The notes under the pieces: model-generated | The model's database searches: none | Told to the model about the DNA's origin: nothing | What the model saw: the letters and a program-made list of their open reading frames with translations, nothing else | In this document: positions 1 through 10,144 of the stretch, piece by piece | Layout: each line of letters starts with the position of its first letter | Position numbering within the stretch: the first letter of the stretch is position 1 | Assembly (NCBI GenBank): GCA_038883855.1 | Contig: JAVZLH010000005.1 | Coordinates: 1-64,000, forward strand | Direction: 5' to 3' | DNA from: Candidatus Bathyarchaeia archaeon | GTDB taxonomy: Archaea; Thermoproteota; Bathyarchaeia; Bathyarchaeales; Bathycorpusculaceae | Length of the DNA: 64,000 nt | Made by a program: the position numbers and the translations under genes

Positions 1-561
1 ATTGAGAGCCTCTCAAACAGGGATTACGGCGAATTTAGTAAGGAGCTGCGTAAAATAAGCTCAGAAATTTCTTGGGGAATCCCCTTGAGAAAGGTGATAA
101 TTGATTTTGTTAAGCGAACACGCAGTTGGATAACGCAGATCATCATGTTTCTACTTGTTGAAACGATAGATGTTGGTGGTGGAACAATAGCCATGATTGA
201 GTCTTTGGCAAGGTTCAACAATTTAACTCAGGAGGTTGAGAAGGAAAAGAAAATGGCAGTGCGCCCATACATAATGATGCCGTATTTTGCCGCGATCCTT
301 CTTGTGGCAACAACAACCATGATGATAGGCTTCACTTCAGGCACTTTAAACGTGACAGAAATTGGTCAAAAAAGGGATTTAGGACCAATAATAATAATAT
401 TTGTCACCTCAGCCATTTTCCACAGTTACTTGATTGGTATAGTGGCAGGCAAGATAAGCGAAGAATCTATAGCTGCGGGTTTCAAACACGCGTCAATTCT
501 TGTCATAATCGCCGTTGTAGCCGCCAAAGTGGTGCCTATGTTTGTGAAGTTCGGCGCCTAA
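1..561 (+). CDS. Type II secretion system F family (TadC/FlaJ-like) pilus platform protein, 3' part (5' end lies outside the window)
   Basis: Frame is open from base 1 (IESLSNRDYGEFSKELRKISSEISWGIPL...). Contains the T2SSF motif 'ETIDVGGG...ESLARF' and three C-terminal TM helices; lies upstream of pilin genes. Confidence 0.85.
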   Translation: MESLSNRDYGEFSKELRKISSEISWGIPLRKVIIDFVKRTRSWITQIIMFLLVETIDVGGGTIAMIESLARFNNLTQEVEKEKKMAVRPYIMMPYFAAILLVATTTMMIGFTSGTLNVTEIGQKRDLGPIIIIFVTSAIFHSYLIGIVAGKISEESIAAGFKHASILVIIAVVAAKVVPMFVKFGA

Positions 562-575
562 AAGAGGGGGGGAGA

Positions 576-1412
576 ATGAAGGTCAGCCGTCCAGAGAGGA
601 TTAAGCTGAAAAGGGATAAAAATGGTGTTAGTCCAGCAATTTCAACGGTTATAATGACTGCGGCAACAGTGGTGCTTGTGTTGGTTGCAAGCCAGTACGC
701 CTACCGTATTATGGAACAAAATAAAGGAGCAGCGGAATTTGCTACCGCGAAGAAGGCTATGCTAACGCTTGATGACTCAATAGAGTATGTCGCAGATAAG
801 CCGCAAACTTCAAGGTCAACACAGTTTACGGCAAATTACGGAAGAATAGAGCTGATACCTAATGCATTGAACCTAACAATGACGGTAAATGTAGCCAACA
901 ACTCTACGTCTTATTCCACCACATTTGGATTGATTAAATATAGTATTAGCACTGCTTATGTCAACTATGGAGGCGATTATAGAGAGTACATTTTGGGAGA
1001 CGAGAAAGTAATAGTCACTCGCGGAACCGAAGATCTTGGGCAAATAGTTGTTGAACAAAAATCCGGCTTGGTAAGTGTCATTTTAAGTTATAGAGTTTAT
1101 GCAGCGAAAACCTATGAAACTGTCTCTCTTGGGCAGAATGTTACTTATGTGGATGTAAGGATTATAAAAATTGAAGTTCAAAGGGCTTCAGCCTATGCAG
1201 GGGAACTCGATATTATAGCAAGGTGTGTGGATCGTTCAGCTATATTTTCCCACGTGTTTGATGTACCAAGTGATGGAATCACAGCAACCGTAAGCGCCAA
1301 AATTGGTGAAAGCCCGATGGATTCGTGGACGAGTGCGCCGTTAAGGAAGGGCATTGTAGTTTTTAATTTCATCGTTTCCGTTGTTAGCATAAGCGTGTAT
1401 GGGGGGAGATAA
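576..1412 (+). CDS. Archaeal type IV pilin-like protein (class III signal peptide)
   Basis: KRDKNG/VSPAISTVIMTAATVVLVL matches the [KR]xxG/xSPxI prepilin cleavage motif followed by a hydrophobic helix. Confidence 0.8.
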   Translation: MKVSRPERIKLKRDKNGVSPAISTVIMTAATVVLVLVASQYAYRIMEQNKGAAEFATAKKAMLTLDDSIEYVADKPQTSRSTQFTANYGRIELIPNALNLTMTVNVANNSTSYSTTFGLIKYSISTAYVNYGGDYREYILGDEKVIVTRGTEDLGQIVVEQKSGLVSVILSYRVYAAKTYETVSLGQNVTYVDVRIIKIEVQRASAYAGELDIIARCVDRSAIFSHVFDVPSDGITATVSAKIGESPMDSWTSAPLRKGIVVFNFIVSVVSISVYGGR

Positions 1413-1456
1413 CGTCGCCATCTCCAACGATAAGTCATCTAATTTGCACTGTAGCA

Positions 1457-1885
1457 TTGTTGTTGTTGATCTTCGTTTTGCCCATAGCCTATTTTCCCAT
1501 CATAGATAATGTTCAAGCTTATATGATGACAAAAGAGTTAAAAGAGGTTGCCGATTACGCAGCTAATACTTTTGAGAATTTATATCTTCTTTCAAGAAAT
1601 TCCTCTGGCGGCTATGTTCTTTTTAAAAAAGAGTTGAAAATTCCTCGAATGATTAAAGATTCATTTTATACTATTGAGATCGTGAGCAACGCCACTTATC
1701 ATGCCTTGGGTATACGCACTTATGTTAGTGATAAAAGGCAAATTAATGCGGATTCTTGGCTTATTAGGGGATTAAAGGTTGCTGGCCTACGGACTGTAAA
1801 TAGCAGTTATAGCGAACTGGTTTTCGCGTGTTGTGAGTGTAGGGGTGGAGAGGTGTTTGTGTGGTTCTCACTTGATAGTGTATAG
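1457..1885 (+). CDS. Small secreted/membrane-anchored pilus-locus protein (true start probably near 1409-1415)
   Basis: N-terminal hydrophobic helix; the frame is open upstream (SPSPTISHLICTVAL) to the G-rich SD at about 1401-1408; sits within the pilin operon. Confidence 0.6.
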   Translation: MLLLIFVLPIAYFPIIDNVQAYMMTKELKEVADYAANTFENLYLLSRNSSGGYVLFKKELKIPRMIKDSFYTIEIVSNATYHALGIRTYVSDKRQINADSWLIRGLKVAGLRTVNSSYSELVFACCECRGGEVFVWFSLDSV

Positions 1886-1924
1886 TAAGACTTAATACAT
1901 ACTTAATATAAATATAGAATATAG

Positions 1925-3091
1925 GTGAACCAAATGAACCCAGTCTTTGACCACATCTTTGCAATGATCGTCGTAGGCGCGTTATTCATTACCACAGTTG
2001 TCATTACGCCGCAAATAAACGCTGGAAACTTAAAAGCTGTTGAGCAACAACAGTTGAGAAACATAGCCTTAAATTTGTTCAACGCCATGCTTTTAGACGC
2101 TGGATACCCTGTTAACTGGGGTTCAAAAGTTAATGGAACCTACTACTTCCATCCAAACGTTGTGGAAAGGTTTGGTTTAGCAAGCTACATTGACCCCACA
2201 CTTTATGTGTTAGATCCAGATAAAATCCAAAGATTGAATAAAGATAATCCGCTGGGATACTTGCCTTATGAGTATTTAAAAGACATCTTAAACCTACAAG
2301 GATACGGATTTAGCTTCCGGTTGATTCCACCCTTCAACGTGACAAATGTTGATGGAACAAAAATTAACGAAACCAATACACCGTTAAAGTATGTAAATTC
2401 AACAACGTTAATGTACGCCATAAAAGTTTCACATCTAGATGGGAGCCCCATACCCAATGCTTTTGTGGATGGATTTATTTTCCATTCGAAGGGTAAGGAC
2501 TTCAGGCTTGGACCCATCAGCTCCACTGTAACGAATGCTTCTGGAATTTGTTCACAATTCATTAATTTGGCGTTGGCGTCTCCGGATTATGTAATAGTGA
2601 TTTTGAGGATTTCGGTGGCTGACGTGGCTGCAATATTGGTGACTATGGGAAAGGATGCGTCTGTCTACGTCGCAGACATAAACGTTGTAGGAGATACTGT
2701 AGTGTTAACAAAGGCTAAAAATCCATCAAACGAGAATGTTTGGGTGGTTAGCGCCTATGTCTATACAACGGATGGGAAAACAATATCACTCTATAATGGT
2801 ACGCAAAACGACCACTTTAACACGGGAGAGTCGGGTAAGTTTGCGCTTTGGAGCAAAACCTTCGATGGATTGCGGGAGCTTAACCCAGCAATATTGATCT
2901 TCGATTTTTCAGCTGTTGAAAAAGGGCGCAGAGAGATTGTTGTGGCTGGTCCCTTTAGGAACTTGTTGAGCTATAACGTGTTTGGATATGGCGATGAAAT
3001 TCCAGTTGGCGGCGGTGCCGTCAAACTTCAGAGGAATGTCATAATTGAAAATATGATTTACACGGCTGAACTTTGGCTTTGGAAAAAGTGA
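1925..3091 (+). CDS. Pilus-associated membrane-anchored protein (minor pilin-like)
   Basis: N-terminal TM helix, 'GYPVNWG...FGLA...LDPDKI' segment typical of archaeal pilus-locus accessory proteins, many NxS/T sequons. Confidence 0.6.
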   Translation: MNQMNPVFDHIFAMIVVGALFITTVVITPQINAGNLKAVEQQQLRNIALNLFNAMLLDAGYPVNWGSKVNGTYYFHPNVVERFGLASYIDPTLYVLDPDKIQRLNKDNPLGYLPYEYLKDILNLQGYGFSFRLIPPFNVTNVDGTKINETNTPLKYVNSTTLMYAIKVSHLDGSPIPNAFVDGFIFHSKGKDFRLGPISSTVTNASGICSQFINLALASPDYVIVILRISVADVAAILVTMGKDASVYVADINVVGDTVVLTKAKNPSNENVWVVSAYVYTTDGKTISLYNGTQNDHFNTGESGKFALWSKTFDGLRELNPAILIFDFSAVEKGRREIVVAGPFRNLLSYNVFGYGDEIPVGGGAVKLQRNVIIENMIYTAELWLWKK

Positions 3092-3092
3092 G

Positions 3093-3557
3093 TTGAAAAT
3101 GTGGAAAAACAGAAAAGGGCAGATGCGCGTCGTTGAGACAATACTAGCATCTTTGGTTATCATGGTCACTATAACTTTTGTCAACGGCGCCATGATTCCC
3201 CCCTATAGCCCCCGTTACGAGGCAATGGAGCTGGAAAAACTAGGATACAACGTCCTACACAATTTGGAGACTCGTGGAATTTTAACCGGTTATGTTTACG
3301 ATTCGGACGTGGCTCGAGGGCAAAGCCTCCTCAGATCAGCGTTGATGGTTTCTCTCCTCCCAGACATCTACTTTAACCTCACCATTTATCGGCTTGACGA
3401 GTTTGGCGAGCTTCATGTAGAAGGACAAAGCATAGTTTATGGTGAACCTGAAGCCTTCGAGAATCCAAGCTTAGTTTCTACAGTAACATATGTTTTGGCA
3501 AGCTCTGGAGCCTATTATGACCCTAGAATATTGATTTTACAACTTACAAGGAGGTAA
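3093..3557 (+). CDS. Minor type IV pilin-like protein
   Basis: KNRKG/QMRVVETILASLVIMV is a class III signal peptide of the G/Q type. Confidence 0.75.
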   Translation: MKMWKNRKGQMRVVETILASLVIMVTITFVNGAMIPPYSPRYEAMELEKLGYNVLHNLETRGILTGYVYDSDVARGQSLLRSALMVSLLPDIYFNLTIYRLDEFGELHVEGQSIVYGEPEAFENPSLVSTVTYVLASSGAYYDPRILILQLTRR

Positions 3558-3563
3558 ACCATT

Positions 3564-5735
3564 TTGCATCTCTTGAAGAAAACTCACAGGCGAAACAAAT
3601 TTGCGGGAGAAAAACGTGGACAGTTCATCATTATCGCAGCATTGATGATAGCTATAATGATTGTTTCTCTAAGCATTGTGATGTACAGCACCGTGTCTTA
3701 TTACCAATATGAAAGCTGGGAGGAATACATGGGCATAGTTGATAATGTAATGGCTGGCTCCAAACAAGTGCAAGTGTCACTGCTGGCTAACTATACAAAA
3801 AACTTTTACGAAAATGGTTTTGCCGACAAAGGTGTTGTTAGCGACATGCTTCTACGGTGGGCCACCGACTTGTACAGGGCTTTTCCAAGCTATGGATTAA
3901 ACGTCTCATTTTCTGAACACCCTACATTGATAACCATCGGGTCTTACAAACGATATGTTAACGACTTCATAAAGTGTTACTGGAATTATCCAGAGGGCTT
4001 ATCCAGCGTCTGTGCTGAGGTCAAGGTTGACGCTTTAAGATTTGGACTTTACGGATACAATACCAGCGCGTTATATTACCTCTACGCAAGAGTGAACATT
4101 TCATACATTAATGAAAGCCCGAATGAAATAAAAAATGTTAACGTTACAGTTATCCAGGAAAATGGTCCAGCGACGGATTTAACATGGGCCAATTTTGAAG
4201 TCTTGAGGTTTGACCCTGTTGTAGGCGACTGGAGAACTGTGGATTTAGTGCAGAAAGATACCAAGGATATGATGACAAGTGCTGGCACATATATGCTGGA
4301 GTTTTCCAATCCAAGCGCTGTCCCAAAGCCTTACTACAAGTGGCTTTTAATAACAGTCCGAGACGATAGAGGGATTTATGTTAGACTGTCCACGTACACC
4401 TTCATAGAGTTTGATGTTGAAAGGGCTACGCCAACCAGCCAAATGACAACAAGCGCGGATGAAATTTACACCTTAGAATGCGGTATTGGAGGCCACTGGT
4501 ACTGGAATGGAAAAGAGCTTAACGTTACAAGCGAGGGTTCTGCTATCATGCCTCCTTTTCCACCGATACCCATCAAACAGTTCAGAGTTAACGTTACTGA
4601 AACTGGCTCCAGCGGTCCGCTTGTTGCGTCGCTATGTCAGTATGAAATTTGGGATAAAGTGAACTGGCACGAAAAGATAATTGAAGTTCCCAGAGGCTTG
4701 GCAGATCCATGGGCTAGTTTTAACGCCTCCAGCCGCATAGTGTTTCAGGTGAAGTTTCCGCAGCTTACAATACAGAGGCAAAAAGTACGTATACATTGGC
4801 TGGATGATTTAGACGCGGAGCCATATCAGTGGCCAAGCGACTTAACCTATGATTCAGCATCTTTCACGGCAAACACAAACAAATATCGTGTAGAGTTCAT
4901 AGGTGTTGGACATACCCAGTCGTCGACATACCCATACGACTATTATGGCGTTGCAGCCCTTGTAATGATAAACCCAGGCAATGGATTATGTTTTGGACCA
5001 TGGAACCTCCATGCCTTTGGAGTTTCGGGCGGCTCCTTGGGGGCGTGGAGACCTTATGGGCAATGGCAAATAAAATATTGGTACGGAAACTCAGATAAAA
5101 GGGCTGTTGTTCGCCTCATCGCCACTTTAAACTCCACGCAAGTTCAAAATAGATATAACCCTTCAAGTGGACCAAGAAGCAACTATTATGACACATACGC
5201 TTTCGTATTTATAACGGCTAATGTAAAATACCTTCAGCTAAACGTGCACATTTACTGGAAACAAGCGCAGACTGACGACGGTTTGTGGTTTGCATCAATC
5301 ATGGGAAAAGGAGACCCTCAATACTACGCTTTCTTAAACTACACAACTGGTAGCGTCGCCGGACCTTATACATACAACTATGTTTACCGACAGCACCGTG
5401 AATACCGATACCCTAGTTATTGGGCGGCCCACTGGAATGACGCGTTTGGAAGAGGCTTAATCTTTAACGAGAAAAGCCTTCAAAGTCTTAGGAGCATAGA
5501 TCCCTCCAGAACAAGATTTTCAGTAACTGAAGCAGCTACGGGTGGTGCAAATCAAGGGTCAATAGAATTTGAGGCTGTAAACTGCCAAGAAGACGCGTAT
5601 ACGACGTATGCTGGTCTAAATTATAGTTATGCTCTTGCTATGTGGATGTATAGTGGAGGCGGCTACACGGAAGTCAACAATTACTATTACATGTTTCTAG
5701 AATCTTATGCCCCAATAATTAGGCTGCGTGAATAA
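3564..5735 (+). CDS. Large (723 aa) pilin-like protein, candidate adhesin
   Basis: EKRG/QFIIIAALMIAIMIVSLS class III signal peptide followed by a long Tyr/Trp/Gly-rich beta-type extracellular region. Confidence 0.7.
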   Translation: MHLLKKTHRRNKFAGEKRGQFIIIAALMIAIMIVSLSIVMYSTVSYYQYESWEEYMGIVDNVMAGSKQVQVSLLANYTKNFYENGFADKGVVSDMLLRWATDLYRAFPSYGLNVSFSEHPTLITIGSYKRYVNDFIKCYWNYPEGLSSVCAEVKVDALRFGLYGYNTSALYYLYARVNISYINESPNEIKNVNVTVIQENGPATDLTWANFEVLRFDPVVGDWRTVDLVQKDTKDMMTSAGTYMLEFSNPSAVPKPYYKWLLITVRDDRGIYVRLSTYTFIEFDVERATPTSQMTTSADEIYTLECGIGGHWYWNGKELNVTSEGSAIMPPFPPIPIKQFRVNVTETGSSGPLVASLCQYEIWDKVNWHEKIIEVPRGLADPWASFNASSRIVFQVKFPQLTIQRQKVRIHWLDDLDAEPYQWPSDLTYDSASFTANTNKYRVEFIGVGHTQSSTYPYDYYGVAALVMINPGNGLCFGPWNLHAFGVSGGSLGAWRPYGQWQIKYWYGNSDKRAVVRLIATLNSTQVQNRYNPSSGPRSNYYDTYAFVFITANVKYLQLNVHIYWKQAQTDDGLWFASIMGKGDPQYYAFLNYTTGSVAGPYTYNYVYRQHREYRYPSYWAAHWNDAFGRGLIFNEKSLQSLRSIDPSRTRFSVTEAATGGANQGSIEFEAVNCQEDAYTTYAGLNYSYALAMWMYSGGGYTEVNNYYYMFLESYAPIIRLRE

Positions 5736-7193
5736 ATGATGAAAAATCTAACGATAACAGCCATTGCAATTTTGCTTGTTTTCACCGCGTTTTCAACGCT
5801 TGCATATTCACAAACAACTTACACAATCATAATAACGGTGAAGGATAGCGACGGCAGACCAGTCAGCGGCGCAAGCGTAAGGGTAACCACCAAATATGGG
5901 CCGGATGACTATAGGGACGCCGCTTTCCCGCCATACTGCACGAACACTTCGGGTATGGTAGTTTACGAGAACGTGTATTCGGTGGATGGCTTAGTCCATG
6001 TAGTGGTTTCAAAGAATGGAGTAGAACTTGCAAGCGGCGATTACACGCTTACACTGGCAAGAACCTCTATCACAATTGTCTGCCAAAGCCTAGCAACTTT
6101 AACAGTTTACACCAAAGACAGCAGCAACCAACCCCTTAAAAACGCTGCAGTGATGTTAACTTGGCAAAGTTTAGACGACGTACAATGGGATACCAGCCAA
6201 ACCACAGACGAACAAGGAAAGGCAGCTTTTCCTCAAATGAGCTACTGGACTTATCAAGTGCAAATCCTGTGGCAAGGTTTGATAGTACACGAAGGCACTT
6301 TCAGCTTTTCAGACACAACACGAAACTACAACGCAATATGCAAAGTGCATAACCTAACAGTAAACGTCTTCGACGCTGCAAACAAGCCCTTAACAAACGC
6401 GAAGGTAACGATTAATAGAGGAGGATGGTACAGTACAAAATACACCAGCGGAGGTTCTGTTGTTTTCCAGCAACTTCCAGAAGCCAACTACACAATCCAA
6501 ACGCAGTATGAAATTTACACCAACACCACAACTATCAGCCTTTCCAACACCAAAACGGTCACTATAAAACTTAATTTTATAGCAGCATCAACATGCAGAG
6601 TCGCCGTAAAAGCCGTATGGAGCGACAATAAACCTATAAACAACGCTGAAATGAAAGTGACAAACAGCGAGGGCTATACAGTTTACAGCGGCACAACCAA
6701 CGCAACTGGCTATTGCCTCATCCAACTATTAGAGGGAACATACACATTCACAGTTTCAAAAGAACAAGCCACGCAAACACAAACCGTCACGATAACAAGC
6801 CAAACAACCGTAACAATAACCATCGACACAAGTTATAGAATATCCAGAGTAAGAGTTGAAATATACAAAGACAACGCATACGCCAGTGAAGTGTTCATCG
6901 AAATCTACAAAGACGGACAACTGGTAAATAACACTCTGGCACCCAATGGAGAGGCCGCCTTTAACCTCCCAGACGGAACATACACATTCATAGCAAAACT
7001 ACAAGATCAAAAACAGGAAAAAACAGTCACCGTAAACCAAGACATGACGATTCCAATAGTTATTGGAACAACCATAGACCCCGCGGCGACATACCTATTG
7101 TTATCATCAACGGCTTTCGCAATAATTATCGCAATAGTTGTTAAACTAAAACGTAAAGCTGAAAGCAAACCTCCTAGAATAATCCTTCAATAA
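5736..7193 (+). CDS. Cell-surface protein with tandem carboxypeptidase-regulatory-like (Ig-like beta-sandwich) repeats and C-terminal TM anchor
   Basis: Sec signal peptide; about 5 repeats of 'xVxDxxGxPxxxAxV...TxxxG...LPxGTYT'; C-terminal TM helix followed by a basic tail. Confidence 0.8.
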   Translation: MMKNLTITAIAILLVFTAFSTLAYSQTTYTIIITVKDSDGRPVSGASVRVTTKYGPDDYRDAAFPPYCTNTSGMVVYENVYSVDGLVHVVVSKNGVELASGDYTLTLARTSITIVCQSLATLTVYTKDSSNQPLKNAAVMLTWQSLDDVQWDTSQTTDEQGKAAFPQMSYWTYQVQILWQGLIVHEGTFSFSDTTRNYNAICKVHNLTVNVFDAANKPLTNAKVTINRGGWYSTKYTSGGSVVFQQLPEANYTIQTQYEIYTNTTTISLSNTKTVTIKLNFIAASTCRVAVKAVWSDNKPINNAEMKVTNSEGYTVYSGTTNATGYCLIQLLEGTYTFTVSKEQATQTQTVTITSQTTVTITIDTSYRISRVRVEIYKDNAYASEVFIEIYKDGQLVNNTLAPNGEAAFNLPDGTYTFIAKLQDQKQEKTVTVNQDMTIPIVIGTTIDPAATYLLLSSTAFAIIIAIVVKLKRKAESKPPRIILQ

Positions 7194-7282
7194 ATATAAA
7201 CTAACTTACTGAAAATTTGGATTTTAAGTTCATAGAAGTTAAATAAGTAATCTTCAGATTTCATAAACAGCAAGGTGAAAAC

Positions 7283-7723
7283 GTGACAGCCAAAAATATG
7301 TTAAAAACCAAAAGAGCGATATCACCCATACTGGCTACGCTCCTATTAATAGTTATAGCCGTCGCAGCTATAGCTGTAACTTACGCTTGGGTAATGACAT
7401 ATATGAGCGGCGCAGGACAACAGGCAGGCACAAGAATAAGGTTCGACTCAATAAGCATCAACGCTGCATCAGACGAAGTAACGCTCTACGTTAGAAACTG
7501 GGGCACAGAACCCGCAGTCGTGGACATAGTCTATATTAATGGAGCAAATGTTACAGGAGCGGTCACCACTGAGGCATTGCCACAAACAATTCCCGTTGAC
7601 GGAGTGTTGCTGATAAAAGTGAACGGCACTGCGGCGGGAATAGATTTCATTGCAAACACGTGGTACACGATCAAAGTTGCGGGACCAGCAACTTACTGTC
7701 AAGAACAAGCGAAAGCCGCATAA
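7283..7723 (+). CDS. Probable major archaeal type IV pilin
   Basis: KTKRA/ISPILATLLLIVIAVAA...YAW, plus 'LYVRNWG...IVYING' typical of archaeal pilins; has its own upstream intergenic region and a GGTGA SD. Confidence 0.9.
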   Translation: MTAKNMLKTKRAISPILATLLLIVIAVAAIAVTYAWVMTYMSGAGQQAGTRIRFDSISINAASDEVTLYVRNWGTEPAVVDIVYINGANVTGAVTTEALPQTIPVDGVLLIKVNGTAAGIDFIANTWYTIKVAGPATYCQEQAKAA

Positions 7724-7828
7724 AAGCTAGTGTACCCTTCATTTTATAAACAGTAAAGCACTATTTTTAGGTTAAATAAAACTAACTTTTTATCCTTCCT
7801 AGAACAGACCATTGAGTAAGGTGGAAAA

Positions 7829-8626
7829 TTGCATCAAATATTTGCCATTGCACGCACAGCCTTATGCATAGCCTTCTTTTTTTATGCCTCTTGGAGCGAT
7901 TACAAAACCCGTGAAGTGAGCAACAAAGTTTGGATTCTCTTGGCCCCACCAGCCTTTATACTAACCATAATTGACTTGTTTTTTGACGGAAACTTAGAGC
8001 AACTACTTCTCTACGGCTTATGCTTTGGTTTGACATCGGCTTTCGCCATAATACTTTTTTACTCTGGAGGCTTCGGCGGCGCTGACTCAAAAGCCCTAAT
8101 GTGCTTGGCGCTTGCCCTACCATTCTACCCAGAAATATTCCAACCATTGACCGGGACGCCGTCGCCAATCTCACAGATCTTTTTTCCAATAACCATCTTT
8201 AGCAACGCTGTTCTGTTTGCAGCCGCAACAGCAATCTACCTTTTATTTTACAACATCGTTTGGCGTTGGAGAACTGGCAAAAGGCTTTTTGAAGGTTATG
8301 AAGAAGCATCTCTCGGCAAAAAAATTCTTGTTATGTTGACTGGGTACAAAATCTCCATTGACAAACTGAAAAGCAAGTGGCACATTTACCCTATGGAGAA
8401 CTTAGAAGAAAACACATCCAAAAGAACGCTTCTACTCACGCCCAAAGACGAAGTAAGAGAAGCAATAGTTCAAAAGCTAGAAAAGGCTGTTGAAGAGAGA
8501 AAAATTGACAACAGTTTTTGGGCGACGCCAGGATTGCCCATGCTGATTTTCATAACGGTGGGTTTAATCCTAGCCTTAATCTTAGATAACATTGTCTGGC
8601 TTTGCATTCGCTTACTTATTGGATAA
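7829..8626 (+). CDS. pibD: Prepilin/preflagellin peptidase (A24 family, PibD/FlaK-like)
   Basis: Catalytic motifs 'SDYKTREV' and 'GGFGGADSK'; C-terminal 'WATPGLPMLIFI'. Confidence 0.9.
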   Translation: MHQIFAIARTALCIAFFFYASWSDYKTREVSNKVWILLAPPAFILTIIDLFFDGNLEQLLLYGLCFGLTSAFAIILFYSGGFGGADSKALMCLALALPFYPEIFQPLTGTPSPISQIFFPITIFSNAVLFAAATAIYLLFYNIVWRWRTGKRLFEGYEEASLGKKILVMLTGYKISIDKLKSKWHIYPMENLEENTSKRTLLLTPKDEVREAIVQKLEKAVEERKIDNSFWATPGLPMLIFITVGLILALILDNIVWLCIRLLIG

Positions 8627-8635
8627 ACTTGCTGT

Positions 8636-8908
8636 TTAGCGATAGTTAGACTGCTTCTGCCCTTTAGAGTATAAAATTGCAGCTATCAGCAACAACAGCG
8701 ACGCGACGACGATTAACGGAAAAGCATAATCTTGGTATGGATAATATGTGCCAGCTATTCCCTCTGTTACAGCCTCATAAGAATAGCAAAAGGCACTTAA
8801 AATATAGAGCACTATAGACAGTATAATCAATGAAATTTCAGTTTTAAACTTCACAGTTTTATCCCCAACGTTCTTGTCAACGAAGTTAACCCTATACGTA
8901 AGAACCAA
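8636..8908 (-). CDS. Small two-TM hypothetical membrane protein (start may be the internal GTG of VKFKTE)
   Basis: Two hydrophobic helices separated by 'YYPYQDYA'; fills the gap between the peptidase and pfkB. Confidence 0.55.
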   Translation of the reverse strand: MVLTYRVNFVDKNVGDKTVKFKTEISLIILSIVLYILSAFCYSYEAVTEGIAGTYYPYQDYAFPLIVVASLLLLIAAILYSKGQKQSNYR

Positions 8909-8969
8909 CTAAAATACTTTATGAAAAATGCTATCTGCATGTGAAAATATTGTGCTTAGGTGAACATGT

Positions 8970-10079
8970 TTGTTTATTGAACTTTCTAATAAACTGAAAA
9001 CATTCTTAGAAGGTGAAGCCATTAAAATAAGCGTTGTTGTCATGCCCGACTTTTTCACCGACCGCTTGGTAACATTTCCAAGCGACCCTAAAAATTTCAT
9101 AAAGCAACTCAACGATGTAGTGGGGAGGAAGGGCGGGAGCATTGACGGAATATCGCAAACGGAGCTTAGAGGCGGAAATGCCGTAAACACAGCCGCCGCC
9201 CTCGCCGCCTTAGGCGTTGAAGTCATTCCAATAATATGTACAAACAAGCTTGGAGAGCATATGGTTAAGTTCTATCTTAGAAGGTGGAAGGTGGATTTTT
9301 CCCATGTCAAAATTTTTGAAAAACCATCCTTGACAACAGCCTTAGAATTTAAAACCGAAAGCGGCAAAGCAAACGTAATGCTCAGAGATGTCGGCAGCCT
9401 CGCAGATTTTGGGCCACAATGCCTAGATGAAGAGGACTTTGAGGCAGTTGAAAACGCAGATTACATTTGTGTTTTTGACTGGGCTGGAACTAGACACTTC
9501 GGCACAGGACTAGCAAGAACCGTTTTTAAGTATGTAAAGGAGAAGGGGAAAGGCGAAACCTATTATGACACAGCCGACCCGACCCAAAACAAGGAGAAGA
9601 TTCCAGAACTTGTGAAAGATGTTTTGCAAAGTCGATACGTTGATGTGCTAAGCGTAAATGAGAATGAGGCTCACCGTTACGCATCACAATTAAGCGACAA
9701 AATAAAGAAGTTGGAAGGAAAAATTAGCTTTGAGGAGTTGGCGAAAGAGGCGGCGCGTATCCTTGCAAAAAACTTGTCTGCAAGGATTGATTTGCATGCA
9801 ACAAGCTTCGCTGCCACCTTCACAAGAAAGGAGGAAACGGGCATTCCATCCTTTAAAGTGCCAGTTTTAAGAGCCACTGGAGCTGGAGACGCTTGGAATG
9901 CTGGAAACATTGTTGGGGATGCTTGTGGGCTTTCAGACGATTGTAGGCTGATGTTGGCAAACGCCGTCGCAGCCTATTACATATCAAATCCAGACGGTCT
10001 GCATCCTACACGGAGGAAACTCATAAAATTCCTTGAAAAAATGAGGGGGAAGCATGTTTTGACAGCAAACTTTGAATAG
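8970..10079 (+). CDS. PfkB/ribokinase family carbohydrate kinase
   Basis: 'GGNAVNTAAALAALG', 'NENEA' and 'ATGAGDAWNAG' PfkB signatures. Confidence 0.9.
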   Translation: MFIELSNKLKTFLEGEAIKISVVVMPDFFTDRLVTFPSDPKNFIKQLNDVVGRKGGSIDGISQTELRGGNAVNTAAALAALGVEVIPIICTNKLGEHMVKFYLRRWKVDFSHVKIFEKPSLTTALEFKTESGKANVMLRDVGSLADFGPQCLDEEDFEAVENADYICVFDWAGTRHFGTGLARTVFKYVKEKGKGETYYDTADPTQNKEKIPELVKDVLQSRYVDVLSVNENEAHRYASQLSDKIKKLEGKISFEELAKEAARILAKNLSARIDLHATSFAATFTRKEETGIPSFKVPVLRATGAGDAWNAGNIVGDACGLSDDCRLMLANAVAAYYISNPDGLHPTRRKLIKFLEKMRGKHVLTANFE

Positions 10080-10144
10080 TTTTGTTAAATTATTTTAGGT
10101 GCTTTCGCACATTTAACAATAGCACAAATCACAGAGGCTTAAAA

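Noticed and set aside
6000-7150. Strong A/C skew suggesting repeats or foreign DNA
   Set aside because: Explained by the Thr/Asn/Gln-rich Ig-like repeat protein.
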